From Gracilinanus agilis (Eukaryota), in NCBI RefSeq assembly GCF_016433145.1, contig NC_058132.1, forward strand, positions 388,631,499 through 388,695,498: DNA of 64,000 nucleotides, read 5' to 3'. Both the position numbers and the translations under genes were made by a program. A model generated the notes under the pieces. The model searched no databases. It was not told where the DNA came from and saw only the letters and a list, made by a program, of their open reading frames with translations. Numbering within the stretch: position 1 is the stretch's first letter; every line of letters starts with the position of its first letter. This document shows positions 1-12,620 of this stretch, in pieces.

Positions 1-650
1 ATATACTTCCAGGGGAAAGTATGGGCATTCAACAAGATAGACGATTTCCAAGTATTTGCACAGAAAAGACCAGGACTAAACGGAAAGTTTGATATCCAAC
101 CACAAAAAGCAAGAGAAACATGAAAAGGTAAATAAGAGAGGGGAAAGAAAGAAAACTCTTATCTTTAAATTGACTTCTTCAAGGGCTTCAATAAGGTCAA
201 ATTATTTGTGTTCCTATATGGAGAAATATTATGTGTAATTCTAAAAAATTGTACTCACTATTATAGTAATTAGAAGTATTAGTCATAAGGAGAGGTTGGA
301 GTAATAAATATGGTCTAAGATGATATGGGGGGTGAGTGGGTAGAGGGGAATAGAACATGGCACCAAGAGTAACTTGAAAAGGAATAAGAAAAATAGAATA
401 ATTTATACCACACAAAGAGGGCATGGGAAAAGGGGGAAGGGATGAATACTATTATAAGAAAGGAAGAGAGCATTAATAGGAAATACTTAAACCTTACTCT
501 CAGCAGAAGAGACGGAAGAGTAGCTAGATCCATTGGGGGATATCAAATTCTTTCTAACCCTATGGATAAAGTCAGAAGGGATAAACCAATGAGGGAAGTG
601 GGGTGGGGAGTTCATAAAGGAAGGGGAAGAGAGAGGAGGGAGGGAATTCA
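1..650 (+). mobile_element. L1 fragment: end of ORF1 plus inter-ORF spacer
   Basis: 1-135 resembles the reverse complement of the ORF1 end of the L1 at about 61.8-62.0 kb; followed by a purine-rich spacer like 61.2-61.8 kb. Confidence 0.75.
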
Positions 651-1011
651 TTAGGCTAAACACAGGTGTTTATGGTCAGTGATAAATGGATAGCACTCAG
701 ATTACTCTGATGATATTTACTTTTGACATGTACCAAGTCACTCATTCATAGTTAGCTATGTGTTCACCTTGCATTTTATCCTGATCTCTTTGTTTTTCTT
801 GATGTTCCTTTGTTGGCCATAGGGGAATTGGACTCTGATCCACCACCTGCATTAGGTTGCTTGACCTCCTGGAGGGACTGGGTCAGTTTTCTAAATAATG
901 CAGGAATGGATTAATCTACTTCATCTACTTCAATTCTACTTTATTCTCTAACCTATTTCATTTATTCAGACTACTTCAGAATGAGTAATAAACACTTTGT
1001 CTATCATCCTT

Positions 1012-1915
1012 TGTTATGAGGGAGTAAATGGTTACTAATGGGCCTTGAGCCAGTAACAAGTCTAGCAGGAGGTTGGAATTGGATGTTATGAAGGATGAGC
1101 AAACTCAGCTGGGAATGAACTTTATCAGGTTCAAATCCAAACCCTGAAAGCTAAGTGCCTAGTGAACCTTCACTGCTAACTTTTACTAGGCTCCTTTAAG
1201 ATGACAGGCAGCCAGCAACTCCCTGCTGAGGTAACTGCCTCTTATTGGATGGTGGCAGAGTGGCAGGAAGTGGGTGCTTTGAATTTCCTGCCCCACCAAT
1301 GGGGTAGATTGAATCTCAACTGCTCAGAATTCTCTCTTCTTCCCTATCCTCCTTAGTCTTGGTAAAAAAATAACCACAAGATTCTCAGGTTTAGGCTAAG
1401 GGATTTATTGAAACTGGGGATATGGAATAGGCAAGGTAAGAGGGCTTGGTATTACTAGGCTGTTGCTATGGTCTTACTGGGTGATGCTGGCAAAGGTCCT
1501 AAGAAGGTTTTGGCAGGCTGAAGGCTGGCTGCCCTTGGCCAGAGCTTAAGCTGTCTCTGGTCAAGAGATTGATCAGATCTTCTGGCTAATTTAGTTGATA
1601 ATGGAAATAGTTATTGTTGAGTTGCTCTTAAAGAAGGTTCTAATATCTAAGCTATCCTAAGTTCCTACCCATGATCCTCCTCCCTTCAACCCTCTCCACT
1701 CCCACCACCTGGGCCCAGGGGAAGAGGTAGATGAGTGGACAGGGTGAAGTCTGGGGAAAAACATAACCCAGGCTTGGGTTTGGAGGGGCTTTTATAGTCT
1801 CAGCCCAACTACCAGCTGGCACCTCGCCCATGGTGTATGCCATCAGCAACATTCCATCTAGGGCAATTGACAGCTTTGCCTAAGCTAATATTGCAATGTA
1901 AGATCCTGCATTACA
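1012..1915 (-). mobile_element. Solo LTR (probably class I ERV) in an intron, antisense to the host gene
   Basis: On the minus strand begins TGTAATG (1915) and ends CATAACA (1012); 4-bp TSD CCTT at 1008-1011 and 1916-1919; TATAAAA (minus) at 1790-1796 and AATAAA (minus) at 1404-1409 in the correct order. Confidence 0.75.
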
Positions 1916-2214
1916 CCTTTGAAGCCTGCTTAAAGAGTCCAGGGAAGAACATGATCCCCAAACAGGCTGCAGGGTAATAAAATTATTCAGACATACCAGT
2001 CCTCTAAATCTTCTAATTAATTTGTAGAGAAGTGGTAACTGGAATGTTTTTAAGAGGTAGAAATTATACTAATGTTATGATGAGTCACTGAAGTCAATCT
2101 CTTTAAGAACAATTGTGCCATTCTTTGGTCTTCTGATCATATGCATGCATTTGTCTGTTGGTTCATAAAAATCTTCAACTGTAGTTTTAATTACTCTGTA
2201 ATTCTATCTTTCAG

Positions 2215-2322
2215 CATTCAGGTATTTGACCAGATTATTAAAATAGGTGACACCAATCTAATTGGATTACATGAAGAAGAAATCTTCTCTGCTTTTAAAA
2301 AAGTAGAAAATTGTGTTTTCCA
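2215..2322 (+). CDS. Exon A of neurabin/spinophilin-like gene: C-terminal half of PDZ domain
   Basis: ctttcag|C...TTCCA|gtaagt, 108 nt, phase 2-2; reads IQVFDQIIKIGDTNLIGLHEEEIFSAFKKVENCVF, resembling neurabin-1 [34 protein letters not shown] (from memory). Confidence 0.85.
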
Positions 2323-2748
2323 GTAAGTAAGTTTTCTGATATTTCTTTAAAATGCATCAATTATTAGGTCTTTGTTTTTGATTTTAACATTTCTAGAGCA
2401 ATTGTATTCACACAGAATAATTGGGGAGAAAGACAAATTTTTAAAAAAATTAATTTCTTTTTTCCCCTTCAATTGCTAGATATAAATGATCCTCTTTTTT
2501 CTGTTCAGCAGTTCATAGGATGTTTTAGATCTTACACCTTCCCTTTGGAATGCTCTATCACATCTCAAGCAAACCCTTCAACTTGGATTTATTTTTAGTT
2601 AATGAATTAGCATTTTCTTGGCAAATAATGCTACTTGGAGCTAAAGAGATTTTTTGGAAGAGTGAAAGTTTGGGTGCCCATTCAGTTTATTTGCATGACT
2701 ATGTCTTATACAATGCACATAAATTAAATATGGATATTTTGAATTCAG

Positions 2749-2854
2749 GATTGAAATTGGACGAGAATCACCTGAAATCAAGTCAGAACTCATCACACTC
2801 CTCGAATTGTCAGAGGAAAAGAAGAAATATTTTATGGATTCAGTCAGCGTTCAG
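2749..2854 (+). CDS. Exon B of neurabin-like gene: last PDZ strand and start of coiled coil
   Basis: ttttgaattcag|G...GTTCAG|gtatta, 106 nt, phase 2-0, in frame with exon A; reads IEIGRESPEIKSELITLLELSEEKKKYFMDSVSVQ vs neurabin FVIGREKPGQVSEVAQLISQTLEQERR. Confidence 0.82.
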
Positions 2855-4167
2855 GTATTATATGAAACATCCAAAGATGCAAAAACTCAAAATTCTTACT
2901 TCTTCCATTACAAGATATTTTAAAAAATTAATTTGTTCTTTAAAAAATGTTTCTTTTCCTAGTCACAACAATCTTAATCACTAATAAGTTATTTTTATAT
3001 TAATTTATTACATAGTGTTTTTTAAATTATTGCTGATTTATATAATTTTTTCAATGCCTTTGGGATTTACATTGTGCCTTTTCTTGATAGGAACTCCAAC
3101 CCTCACCATTGAACTGTCATTTGTAATAGAGGGAATGAATTAAGCAAAACTATCTTAATAGAGTGACTGAATCCTATAACTTAAGCTCACTCTTACAATT
3201 CCTATCTTGTTCTCTATCTACCAAGAAGAACAAAGTTTAGTTCAACATCTTTTCTCCCAGAATATGATTTTTCATTATAGTTAATAAGAATATGGCAGCT
3301 TTTTATTGCTACTTTAATTTGCCTTAGTTTTAAAGAGCCTTCTCCTTCTGTTCACTTTTCATTAGTCAATGTGGGTTTTTTTTCATGCCTCTTAGAATTC
3401 ATCTTAATTTCTTACAAGAAAATATTATCTCATTCTACTTACATCACATTATTTTTTCAGGTTTTCCCAAATTAATGGAAACTTTGTATTCAGTAAAGAA
3501 TATGTGAGTGTACCAATACATAGCCTTAATTACAGTCTTTCATGACTTCAGGGCTTTTTTTCTTATTCTATTGCATTGATTTTGCTCATGTAAATCTTTC
3601 TTAGTAGTCTTGAGATCCCTATTTTTTCTTTTATTATGATATTTAATACCCTATTTTTGTTTATCAATGTGCCCCATAAGTACAGGTGTATGAGATCTAT
3701 CTCCTATTGTTTTTCTAATTTTGAAATGCTGTATGGATATCTGACAATATTAAGGTTGTATGCTCAACTTGGATTCATTGTGTTAAAATGATATATGTTT
3801 TTTTTGTTCATATCCTCATTTCTGTCTCACTGATTTCTCATTTTTCCAAAAGTCCTTCTAGAACACAGAATTCTTCCTTTCCCATTTTTGATTTTCAATT
3901 TATTGAATCCTGGATTGCTGAGTTCTGTTTATTCTGGCACTTCTTTATGTAGTCTATTCCATGAATTTACTTTTCTTTAAATCATTGCTAGCAATCTTGA
4001 ATAATTATTAATTTTGAAGGTTCAGTTTGAGAATGTTAATGCGGGACTCTGGACCTCTTTTGTCCTTCTTGTTTTTATTTTATCATTTCCATTAAAGTTA
4101 TTTACCTTTTCACTTTTTTTATGTCTTTCTCTTTCCTATTCCTAATGGTATCACCAACAGACCTCTC

Positions 4168-4255
4168 TACATTGTAATCTCCTAGAGGTCAGGGAGTGTT
4201 TTATTTTTGTCTCAAGTATAGGGCTGGCACTTAACAGATGCTTAAGAAATTCTGG
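4168..4255 (+). mobile_element. L2 3' end remnant
   Basis: tgtaatctcctagaggtcaggga...ggcacttaacagatgcttaagaaat resembles the L2 tail. Confidence 0.55.
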
Positions 4256-4715
4256 TTAAATTACTTACATTGGGTTACACAGATGCATTGGTAGGCTCCT
4301 GCTTTCTATTCTGAAAAAATCTGTGTTATTTAATAGCCCTTTGTTTTGGAGAGCTCTTTAAAATCTTTAATAGCATTTTGAAATGACCATCCTTTATCTC
4401 ATAGACTGTAGTGATAATGTCTATGGAAGCAAGATCAAAGTTTATATTTAATCTTTCAAAGGGTGTGTATATATGTACATATGTATATATACACACATAT
4501 ATGCAGGTATGTGCATATAATTCATCTAGGAAAAAGAATGTAAAAGAATTGGCTACAGCCTCCTTAAAACATCTTTCCTGTTCCATATATAATCATTGAA
4601 TGCTAGTACATATGGGGAATGGATTTGGTTTGTTGATATTAAACATGTTCTTATAATTTATTAGCTTTGGGTCTATATTGTAATTATACCTTCTAAATAT
4701 TTTCTCCATTTAAAG

Positions 4716-4792
4716 GAAAAAGTTGGAGATATCACTATTGTTAAAGAATCAAGAAATGTTAAAACTCCAGTATCATGGATCTGGATGGTCAG
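4716..4792 (+). CDS. Candidate linking exon of the neurabin-like gene (boundaries and frame uncertain)
   Basis: tttctccatttaaag| acceptor; to AG|gtatat at 4792 it is phase 0-2 (EKVGDITIVKESRNVKTPVSWIWMV) and would join exon B to exon C; another frame reads KKLEISLLLKNQEMLKLQY, reminiscent of neurabin KERMLKLESY; donor weak. Confidence 0.3.
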
Positions 4793-4974
4793 GTATATCT
4801 ATAAACTTCTATTGGGAATATTACTAAAGATTTCTTTATATAAAACATAGCTAAACTTAAATAATAAAATGATATGCTTATACCCCTATAGACCATTTAC
4901 TGGGAATGTTTCCAAACAGAGTAATACTTTTAAAGTAATTACATGTTCAGTGGTATTTATTATATAATATTTTC

Positions 4975-5120
4975 TCTTACTGATCCTGGACAAGTCACTT
5001 AATTTTTGATTGCCTTAGTTTCCTCTTCTGTAAAATAGGGATAATAATAATACTACCAGCATTGTGAAAAGCACTTCACACAGTGCCTGGTGTACATATT
5101 AAGAAGTATAAAAATATTAT
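4975..5120 (+). mobile_element. MIR/CORE-SINE remnant
   Basis: Core caagtcacttaa...agtttcctcttctgtaaaataggg, then ataataataata and an L2-like tail. Confidence 0.7.
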
Positions 5121-5312
5121 TATTGTGATTGACATTATTAAAATAGTGTGACAAATGAGGAATGACTGAATTGGTTTATAAATGCAATGAAATAATGTAA
5201 TTCATTAAAATCACTAAATATCAGGAAAAGAAGAAATCTGGCAACATTTTGATAAACTTTGATGTAAAGCAAATGGAGCAGAGTAAGATTAGGAAAAAAA
5301 AATACACAGGAG

Positions 5313-5515
5313 AATTTTTTTTAATCTTACCTTCTGTCCTAGAATTGATGCTAAGTATCAGTTCCAAGGCAGAAGAGGAGTAGTGTGAGCTAGGCAATTG
5401 GGGTTAAGTGACTTGCCCAAGGTTCACATACCAAGGAAATATGTCTAAGGCCAAATCTGAACCCAGACCTCCCATCTCCAGCCTCTCTCTATACACTGTG
5501 TCACCTAGGTGCTCA
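5313..5515 (-). mobile_element. Marsupial CORE-SINE
   Basis: T-run, then ggggttaagtgacttgcccaaggttcac...tctgaacccagacctccc...cacctagg (reverse of tRNA head plus core). Confidence 0.75.
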
Positions 5516-5934
5516 TGAGAATGCATTTTCAAGAATTAAAAGGAAAACTAGAGAGAGAGCAATGGATGAGCAAAAAGTGATAGGCAGAATAGAACACTCA
5601 ATTGTAAGTTATTTTAGAGTATGTTTATCTAACATTGGTAATAATATTTAAATTCATGTTCAAAATAAATAGCATAAAAAGACTAGGAACTCTTAAGTAT
5701 GATGATTGGTTCCTTAGGTTACTAAACCAAGTTTGAACTTGTCTAAATTTCTGCAAATGGCCAATTTATTTTAGGCTTTTTGCATCTAATTACAATTCTG
5801 AGTGTACCTCTTCAGGACTTCTTAAACATTGACACTCAAGAAGGAAAGTATTATGTTCAAATAACTAATAGGGTCACTACAAGACAGATGCTAAGTTAAA
5901 ACTGTTTAGTTTCCTGGTATTACAAATTACTGTC

Positions 5935-6192
5935 ATGTTGTTGTTCAGTTGTATATTTCTCCCCATGACTCCCTTTGGGGTTTTCTTGGCAAAAACACTT
6001 GAATGGTTTGTTATTTTCTTCTTCAGCTTGCTTGCCAGGTGAGGAAACTGAGGCAAACAAGATTAAGTGACTTGCCTAGGGATACATAGCCAGTAAATGT
6101 CTAATTTGACTGGTTTTAAACTTATAAATATGAGTCTTTCCTAACTCCAGGCTTGGTGCTCTATCCCCTGTGCCACCTAACTACCACTTGCT
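5935..6192 (-). mobile_element. Mar1-type SINE (CORE with RTE-derived tail)
   Basis: ggggttttcttggcaaaaacacttgaatggtttg tail plus gaggaaactgaggc...aagtgacttgcc core. Confidence 0.75.
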
Positions 6193-7929
6193 GCCCTTAG
6201 TATTCACAATTTGAGCTCTGATTACCTAGAGGAAAAAGCAAAATAAAATCCTGCTGTTGCACCTGTGATACCAAGTAGTGATGGGAATTTCCCAAATAGT
6301 ATAACACTGACAAAAGGAATATTGGAGTCCAGATGCTCTCTCCCTTTCCACTAAGGAGTGTCCCTGTTTTGGACCTAATCATGTAATAAGCCGCTTTAGT
6401 CTTGGGAGAGACCTGACCACCTGAAAAGAAAGTCAGGCATTTATCTCACAGCCTTTGATTCTTTTTGCCTCTACCCTGTGGCTCTAGGGAAAACTAAATG
6501 GAAAAATGTGGCCAAATAAGGAACTAGAAAGGTACTCGGTCTATTCTGTGAGACAACTACTTATTTCCTCTTCACAAAAGATGGGCTTAATAAACTCAGG
6601 ATCTGAATCCAATTTAGTGTCTCTGGACCTCTGAAATTCATAATGTTGATTTTATACAGAACACAACAATCTCAAGACTTTGATATATCATCATATTCAG
6701 AGGGTTAGTTTCAAGTTTGTTTAGTTGGGCCCTAAAGCTCTTGTGGCCACATGGAAGAAGCTGTCAGTCTATCAGGGTGAGAAGGATAGCCCATCCTCCT
6801 ACTCATCAAGAGAGAATTATTTGCCACATGCCTTACACAGAGTCAAAGAAAGAGAACAAGCCAGAAGAAGCCTCTCCTTTTTAATGGATGCAACACCCTC
6901 ACCTTGCCTCCTCCTGTTACCGTGTAGGGAAGAGGACCAAAGGACCATGTGTTGATTCCTTGTACTGAGCCACATATGTGGTCCATAGGAGGGAGGTGGG
7001 ACAGCTCTGAGCATGTTCCATCCCCATTACCATGACATTAGCATGAGAAGAGAGTCACACAGACATGCATAAAAAGATAAAGCCTTTTACATGAAATTCA
7101 TTAATCACATTTGTTTTAAATGGAATCCTAAGTCTTTATTGAGCCTATAATTTGAGAAAAATCATAATTCAAGAGTACTGCCATTCCTGCCATTACAATG
7201 CTCAACAATGCTCAATATTGCTAGGAGAATCATGTGGCATAAATTTGGAACTGTGTGTTTTTATTTTAATTTTTGGGTTCATTAAATCATATTTGGGTAA
7301 GTACAGATATGGGCTGGATTCATAATTTCATTGATATATAGGAAATGCTCATAGGTAATGAAACTTTCCCCTACTAATACTGGCTTACACTTCTGCAACT
7401 TAATTGTCTAAATAAATTGATATACAAACTTGAACCCCCAGGTCTTCTTGACTTCCTCTCTATATGCTGTTAGATTGATTCTATAGGCATGTTCTTATAC
7501 ATATACATATACATACAAACACATAAAATATACACACATACTAGCTTGCTCACTAAGCATGACAAAAATATAAATATGTATCTATATTTCATTCAGTTAT
7601 TTAGGAAATAATATTTCCCTAATGAGCTATATAGGAAGTAGAAAGATCTTTTGTTGGGCATTTGAAGTGAAAAATTCAATCATTTGTTATATATCTAAAA
7701 GTATTCATATCTAGTTTTGCTGTATTCTAGAATGATTTAAAATATTTTTCTTTATGTCAAACTTAAAATATTACATAAAGTGAACATGTCACATAGAGTA
7801 GAAAAGAAGCTTCTACCTAAAACTAAAAATCTCTTCTATATGGAGTTTGTATTCTTTTTGAAGGGCATATACTACATTAAAAAAGTATCTTTCAAAATTT
7901 GTCCCATTTGTATGGGTTATATATGGTTC

Positions 7930-8870
7930 ATTTGGGGCTTCCTTCTCTCATTGTTTTTTATATTAATGCTTCAATCCATTTTCTTTCTTTGTATTTTTTG
8001 CAAAACCATGCCTAACAACTTCTTTCCCTTACTCTTCCAATCACTTATTTCCTTTGGACACCTTAAAAAGAGAAAAAAGGGGGTAATTATTACATCAAAC
8101 ATATTTAGCCCCACAAAACAAATATACCCACATTGGTCCTATCCAAAATTATGTGTTTCATTCTGCATTGTGAGTCCATCACTTCCTCTTTTAGGTGGTG
8201 GGTAACATGGTTCACTATTAATCCTCTGGAATTGTGGTTGATTGTTAAATAATTAAGAGTTTTCAAATCTTTCAGATTTCCTTTTCTTCATGATGTAATT
8301 CTCATAAAATCCACATGATATTGTGAAATTTCTTCATATTAACATGAACATTTTCTCTGGTACTATTCATTATATCAGTTCATAGAAGTTTGCCCAGGTT
8401 TCTCTAGCACCATTCTTGAAATAATTTTTTGTTGTGCATAATTTGTTCAGCCATTAGAGTGATGAACATCTGATTAGTCTCCAGCTTCTTATTTCTGCTA
8501 AATAAAAATAAAATGTATCCTATATTTGTTTTTGCACTTATGAGCCCTATCTTTTTGTTTTTATTTTTTAATTTCTTTGGGATACAGGCCTAGAAATAAT
8601 ATTACTAGATTAAAGTTTAATGACAATTTACTGGGGCCTAGGACCTAACTACTTTCCTGAATGCCTAGAACAACCCATAGTTCTACCAATATAAATACAC
8701 TAACTTTCCCATATCCTCTATTAACTGTCATTGTCATTTGTTATCATCTTTGTCAATATCATTGGTATGAAGTAGAAGCTCGGGGTTGCTTCAATTTACA
8801 TTTCTCTAATTATTAGTGATTTTAGACTATTTAAGATTGATTTCTCCCCTGGAAAACTGCCTTTTTCATA
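7930..8870 (-). mobile_element. Old L1 3' fragment
   Basis: Resembles the ORF2-end/3'UTR pieces at 19.5-20.2 kb and 30.2-30.9 kb (e.g. gttgcttcaatttacatttctctaattattagtgatttta). Confidence 0.65.
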
Positions 8871-8939
8871 GACTTTTACTTCTTCACTCTATCTTTTTAA
8901 TTGGAAGATACCACATGCTTCCTTGAGTTCAAAGCTTTC

Positions 8940-9115
8940 ATTTAATCAAGGTAGCGAATGGAAGGTCAGAAAAGCTAAATGACTTGCCTAAGATACGACT
9001 AATTAGTGGAAACTACAACAAGATTCTAGAACTAGAAGTTCTAGTTCTTAGTTCTAGAACTTAGTTCTAGAACTAAGAGTACAAATCTCCTTAATGTGAA
9101 GGTGGTTTCACTACC
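8940..9115 (-). mobile_element. MIR remnant containing a palindromic expansion
   Basis: gctaaatgacttgcctaag core motif; see finding at 9023-9078. Confidence 0.5.
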
Positions 9116-9148
9116 AGTTGTATCAAACTCCCCCTTTTTCTTCCACAG

Positions 9149-9239
9149 TGAACTGGAATTTGTTGTTGTGGTACTGAAAAAATTAATAGAAGAAGAATGT
9201 CAGGAATATAGAAAAGACCTCAAAGCTCTCCATGACAAG
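9149..9239 (+). CDS. Exon C of neurabin-like gene: coiled coil
   Basis: ccctttttcttccacag|T...GACAAG|gtaaga, 91 nt; only the phase 2-0 frame is open: ELEFVVVVLKKLIEEECQEYRKDLKALHDK vs spinophilin [32 protein letters not shown] and neurabin-1 ELDFIKRQE... (from memory). Confidence 0.8.
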
Positions 9240-12200
9240 GTAAGATGATACAGTTCTTGTTTACTTCCACCTCTCCTCATTCAGTTTTTATTGAATGTAG
9301 GTTGTCTTCACGTAATCAAAGTGGTGGAAAGCAGACAGTGAGAATGATTATTAAAGATAGGAATGAAATTAGTGCCCATAATAATGAGCATGTGAGATAA
9401 ATGCTTCCTGTTTTCTTCCATTCTTGTGAACAGACCAAACAATCATTTTCAATCTTACTAAAAACACTTCTTGGCCTACCAGGATTGCTTTCATAAATCA
9501 TGAAAGATGATTGACCAAAACTCCTGTATCACTACCCATATACACTACCAGGTTCTATTTATCACTCTTGAGAAAATCCAGTATGGAAACCATTGGGGAA
9601 CCCAAGCCTTCTTATTCATCCATTGCAAATCCATGAATTATTTCAAATCCCCATGTGGGATATCTGCTTGATCAAGAGAGATCATCAGCTAGGGTATATT
9701 TCTTTCTTGCTTCTCCCTGCTTTTCATCTCAGCTATTAACTACTCCTAGATCTTAAATAAGATGGGATCCAGCATCTTTCTTCCTCCTGATGAGATGGGA
9801 GCCCATCTGGCTTTACTATCTTCTCTGTAAATGTGCCTCTGAAGTCTGCTAGATTGTAGGTCTTATCATGTATTTCCCCCCACTTTTATACTCCATATTC
9901 TCATTGTAACTACTAATTCAAAGAACCTCTGGATATACACAAATATTTTGGATGTAAGTAGAAAAAAACTAGACATTTCCTGGTGTTGAAATGCACATAC
10001 TCTATAATTGGAGTGGACAACATCTAAAACAAAGTTTAGCTGAAGCACAAGATAAAATGGTTTAGAAGTCCTAAGGTTTCAATGTAGAATGTCTGGATCT
10101 GATGGCAAGAAAATGGCAAGAACCATTTGGGAATGATTTCTCAGATTATTTAGAGTGGTTCTGCCATCTGTAAATTATTTGTTTCCTAGATTTAAACTCA
10201 GTATCTTGCTTATGTATTATCAAGGTATCCCTGTTGCTTAGTGAATAAAGTGGATAAATCCAGTGCCTTCCTCACTCTGACATCAGAGGTTTCCATACTT
10301 AATTTCCAAAGTACCATGACATAAATCTTATATATATATATACACATATATAAACATTTGTGTATATATATATGTATATGCAAATTTATAGGTATATAAA
10401 TCTTGTATATCCAGAGTTTAGCAGAAGACTAGACACATAACAAACACATAATGTCATTTTTATTTCTTTCCTTAAACATATAAACCTGTGTTTCTATATA
10501 TACACATATATGCAGACATTTATTTACATATGTATGTGTGTATATACATATATACCTTTTTCTAAAACCAGGTTACTTATTCATCAAAACCCCCCATACA
10601 TTCGTCTAGCTGTAAATGGGCTAGTCACCATAATTTCCCAACTCTTATGGCACTTCCATGATTTTGTTTTTGAACATTTCTTCTAGTCCATTCTACTAAA
10701 TTATAATCCCCCTGGAGGCAGAAACTGTCTTTTCCCCTTCATATCAATACTACACAGGAATAGAGCCTTCATTTTTATAGTGTTAGGGAGACCTTCATTG
10801 AAGTCCTTCTCCTGATGTCCATCCTGGATGTTTGACACTTACCAAGTCAGTAGTATCTTAGTAATCTGGGCAGCTCTCTGCAACAAAATGGCAGTGAAAC
10901 TACCATCTTGTCTTGAAAAAGATAAATTCTTCACTGGGAGATCTTTTCACCTTTGGAATCTGTCCTCAATCCCATCCCTATCTCTATGCCTAACTGTCTT
11001 TACATCCCTAGTTCTATCCTGATTATTATTCCCCAACAGCTAATAGCCATGGAATTTGTGCATTAATATTTGTTGAATGTATAGGTCTTAAGGGGTTAAT
11101 TAGAGAACAGAGAGGCCAGATAAGTGGGAGCAGGTACAAAGGAGTTACTTATAGAAACTGTTATGAAAGTTGGAGAAGAAAAGGATTGAATAACTTGAAG
11201 ATAATAGAATCATTTTGGTTGAAAAAGTTTCAGGCTAACAACTTGCAGGACAAACATAAAAAATGCATGAACACATCTGAAGTGAATATGGAAGACAAAT
11301 TCAAGGAGGAAGATAAGGAAGCCATAGTATCAACAAGGCAATTGAAACACAAGCCTGACACCAAGAAAGATGACATATCACAAGCACAATCACTGGCCCC
11401 AGTGGATTTCAATTCAGGTAAGACAACTCGATTTTTGACTGGGCTGAAAGGAATCAATATATTTCAAGAAAAGAGATAGCATTATTTAGGGAGTTTTATT
11501 GGGGATAAAACTAGAGTATATCTACTTTTAATGAATATCTCAATTCTCCATTTGAAAATAAAATAGATGACACAATTTTGCTTTTTGAGAAAAATGGAAA
11601 TTTGAGTGACCCTCATTCTTCACAATCAAGAAGTGACCTTTAGAATAACAGACAAACAAAATTCTGGGACAACTTCACAAAAAAGTTAGCCAAACAAATC
11701 TATTGATTTTCTTGATGGTGAAATAGGTTTTACTTATAAAAACTTTATCTTGTCTCAATGATTTCCTAAAAGGCATATATCCCTGCTTGAATCATTGGAA
11801 CCTAGAGTTCCCTAACAGAAGATAGAAATTTGGAAAAAATGCTTCCATCAATTCACCGAATCTGTGGTCCACATTTTTTCCATATTCATACCTAATATGG
11901 TGGATGCAAACTGTAAGGCTTTCTGACCTGGTACAATCTCTTTCTTGCTGATTCATTTGGAAGGGACCTTAGAAATATTCCGACCTTTTAACTTCTACAG
12001 AAATGTACCCCACATGTATGACAGAATGCCATTTAGAATCTACCTCAAAATGAATAGTGATAGGAAACTCATCTCAACATCCAGGGCACACTATTAATAA
12101 CTCAAGTTTTTAGGCAGATTTCAGTTTATAATAACAAATTTTTCCCTTAAGCTTTTTAATAATTTGGCTCTCTTCCCTTCTTCTGAAACTATATAGAAAA

Positions 12201-12482
12201 AGATTTTGTCCCTCTTTCCCTACGACTATCCACCAGATATATAAAATCAACTTATTTCTCACCTCAGTCTTCTTTTGAAAAACTCTGAAACCATGTTCAG
12301 TTTCAAAACAATCATTATATGACTTTTTATTTCATCCTAGGGATATCACTTAGACTTGAAAGTCTATTATGCATCCTGTTTTAGTGAGCTGCACTTTGGA
12401 TTACCAACCTTCTATTGTTCTCTTCACACAGTCTTTTTTTAGGTCTTCTATTCAGTTACAAGTAGGAATGATTTTTAACAAT

Positions 12483-12620
12483 TGGTTTTTTTTTTAGATC
12501 TTTATTTTATTAATTAATTTGGAATATTTTTCTATGGTTATAGGATTCATGTTCCATCCCTCCCCTCCTCCCACCCCCTCCCATAGCTGATGCACAATTC
12601 CACTGGGTTTTACATTAACA
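12483..12620 (-). mobile_element. Short younger L1 3' end
   Basis: T-rich tail plus ttttctatggttataggattcatg...caattccactgggttttaca, shared with 19.25, 35.1 and 59.1 kb. Confidence 0.75.

Noticed and set aside
2550-2984. 144-aa ORF as a gene
   Set aside because: It overlaps exon B but in a different frame; the IEIGRE frame bounded by splice sites is the one with homology
7780-8205. 141-aa hydrophobic ORF
   Set aside because: T-rich antisense of an L1 3' region; the same applies to the F/L/I-rich ORFs at 13.9-14.7, 31.4-32.6 and 59.4-62.5 kb
11186-11479. Overlapping ORFs as a gene exon
   Set aside because: No convincing splice sites or homology; possibly an old L2/CR1 remnant, too weak to call
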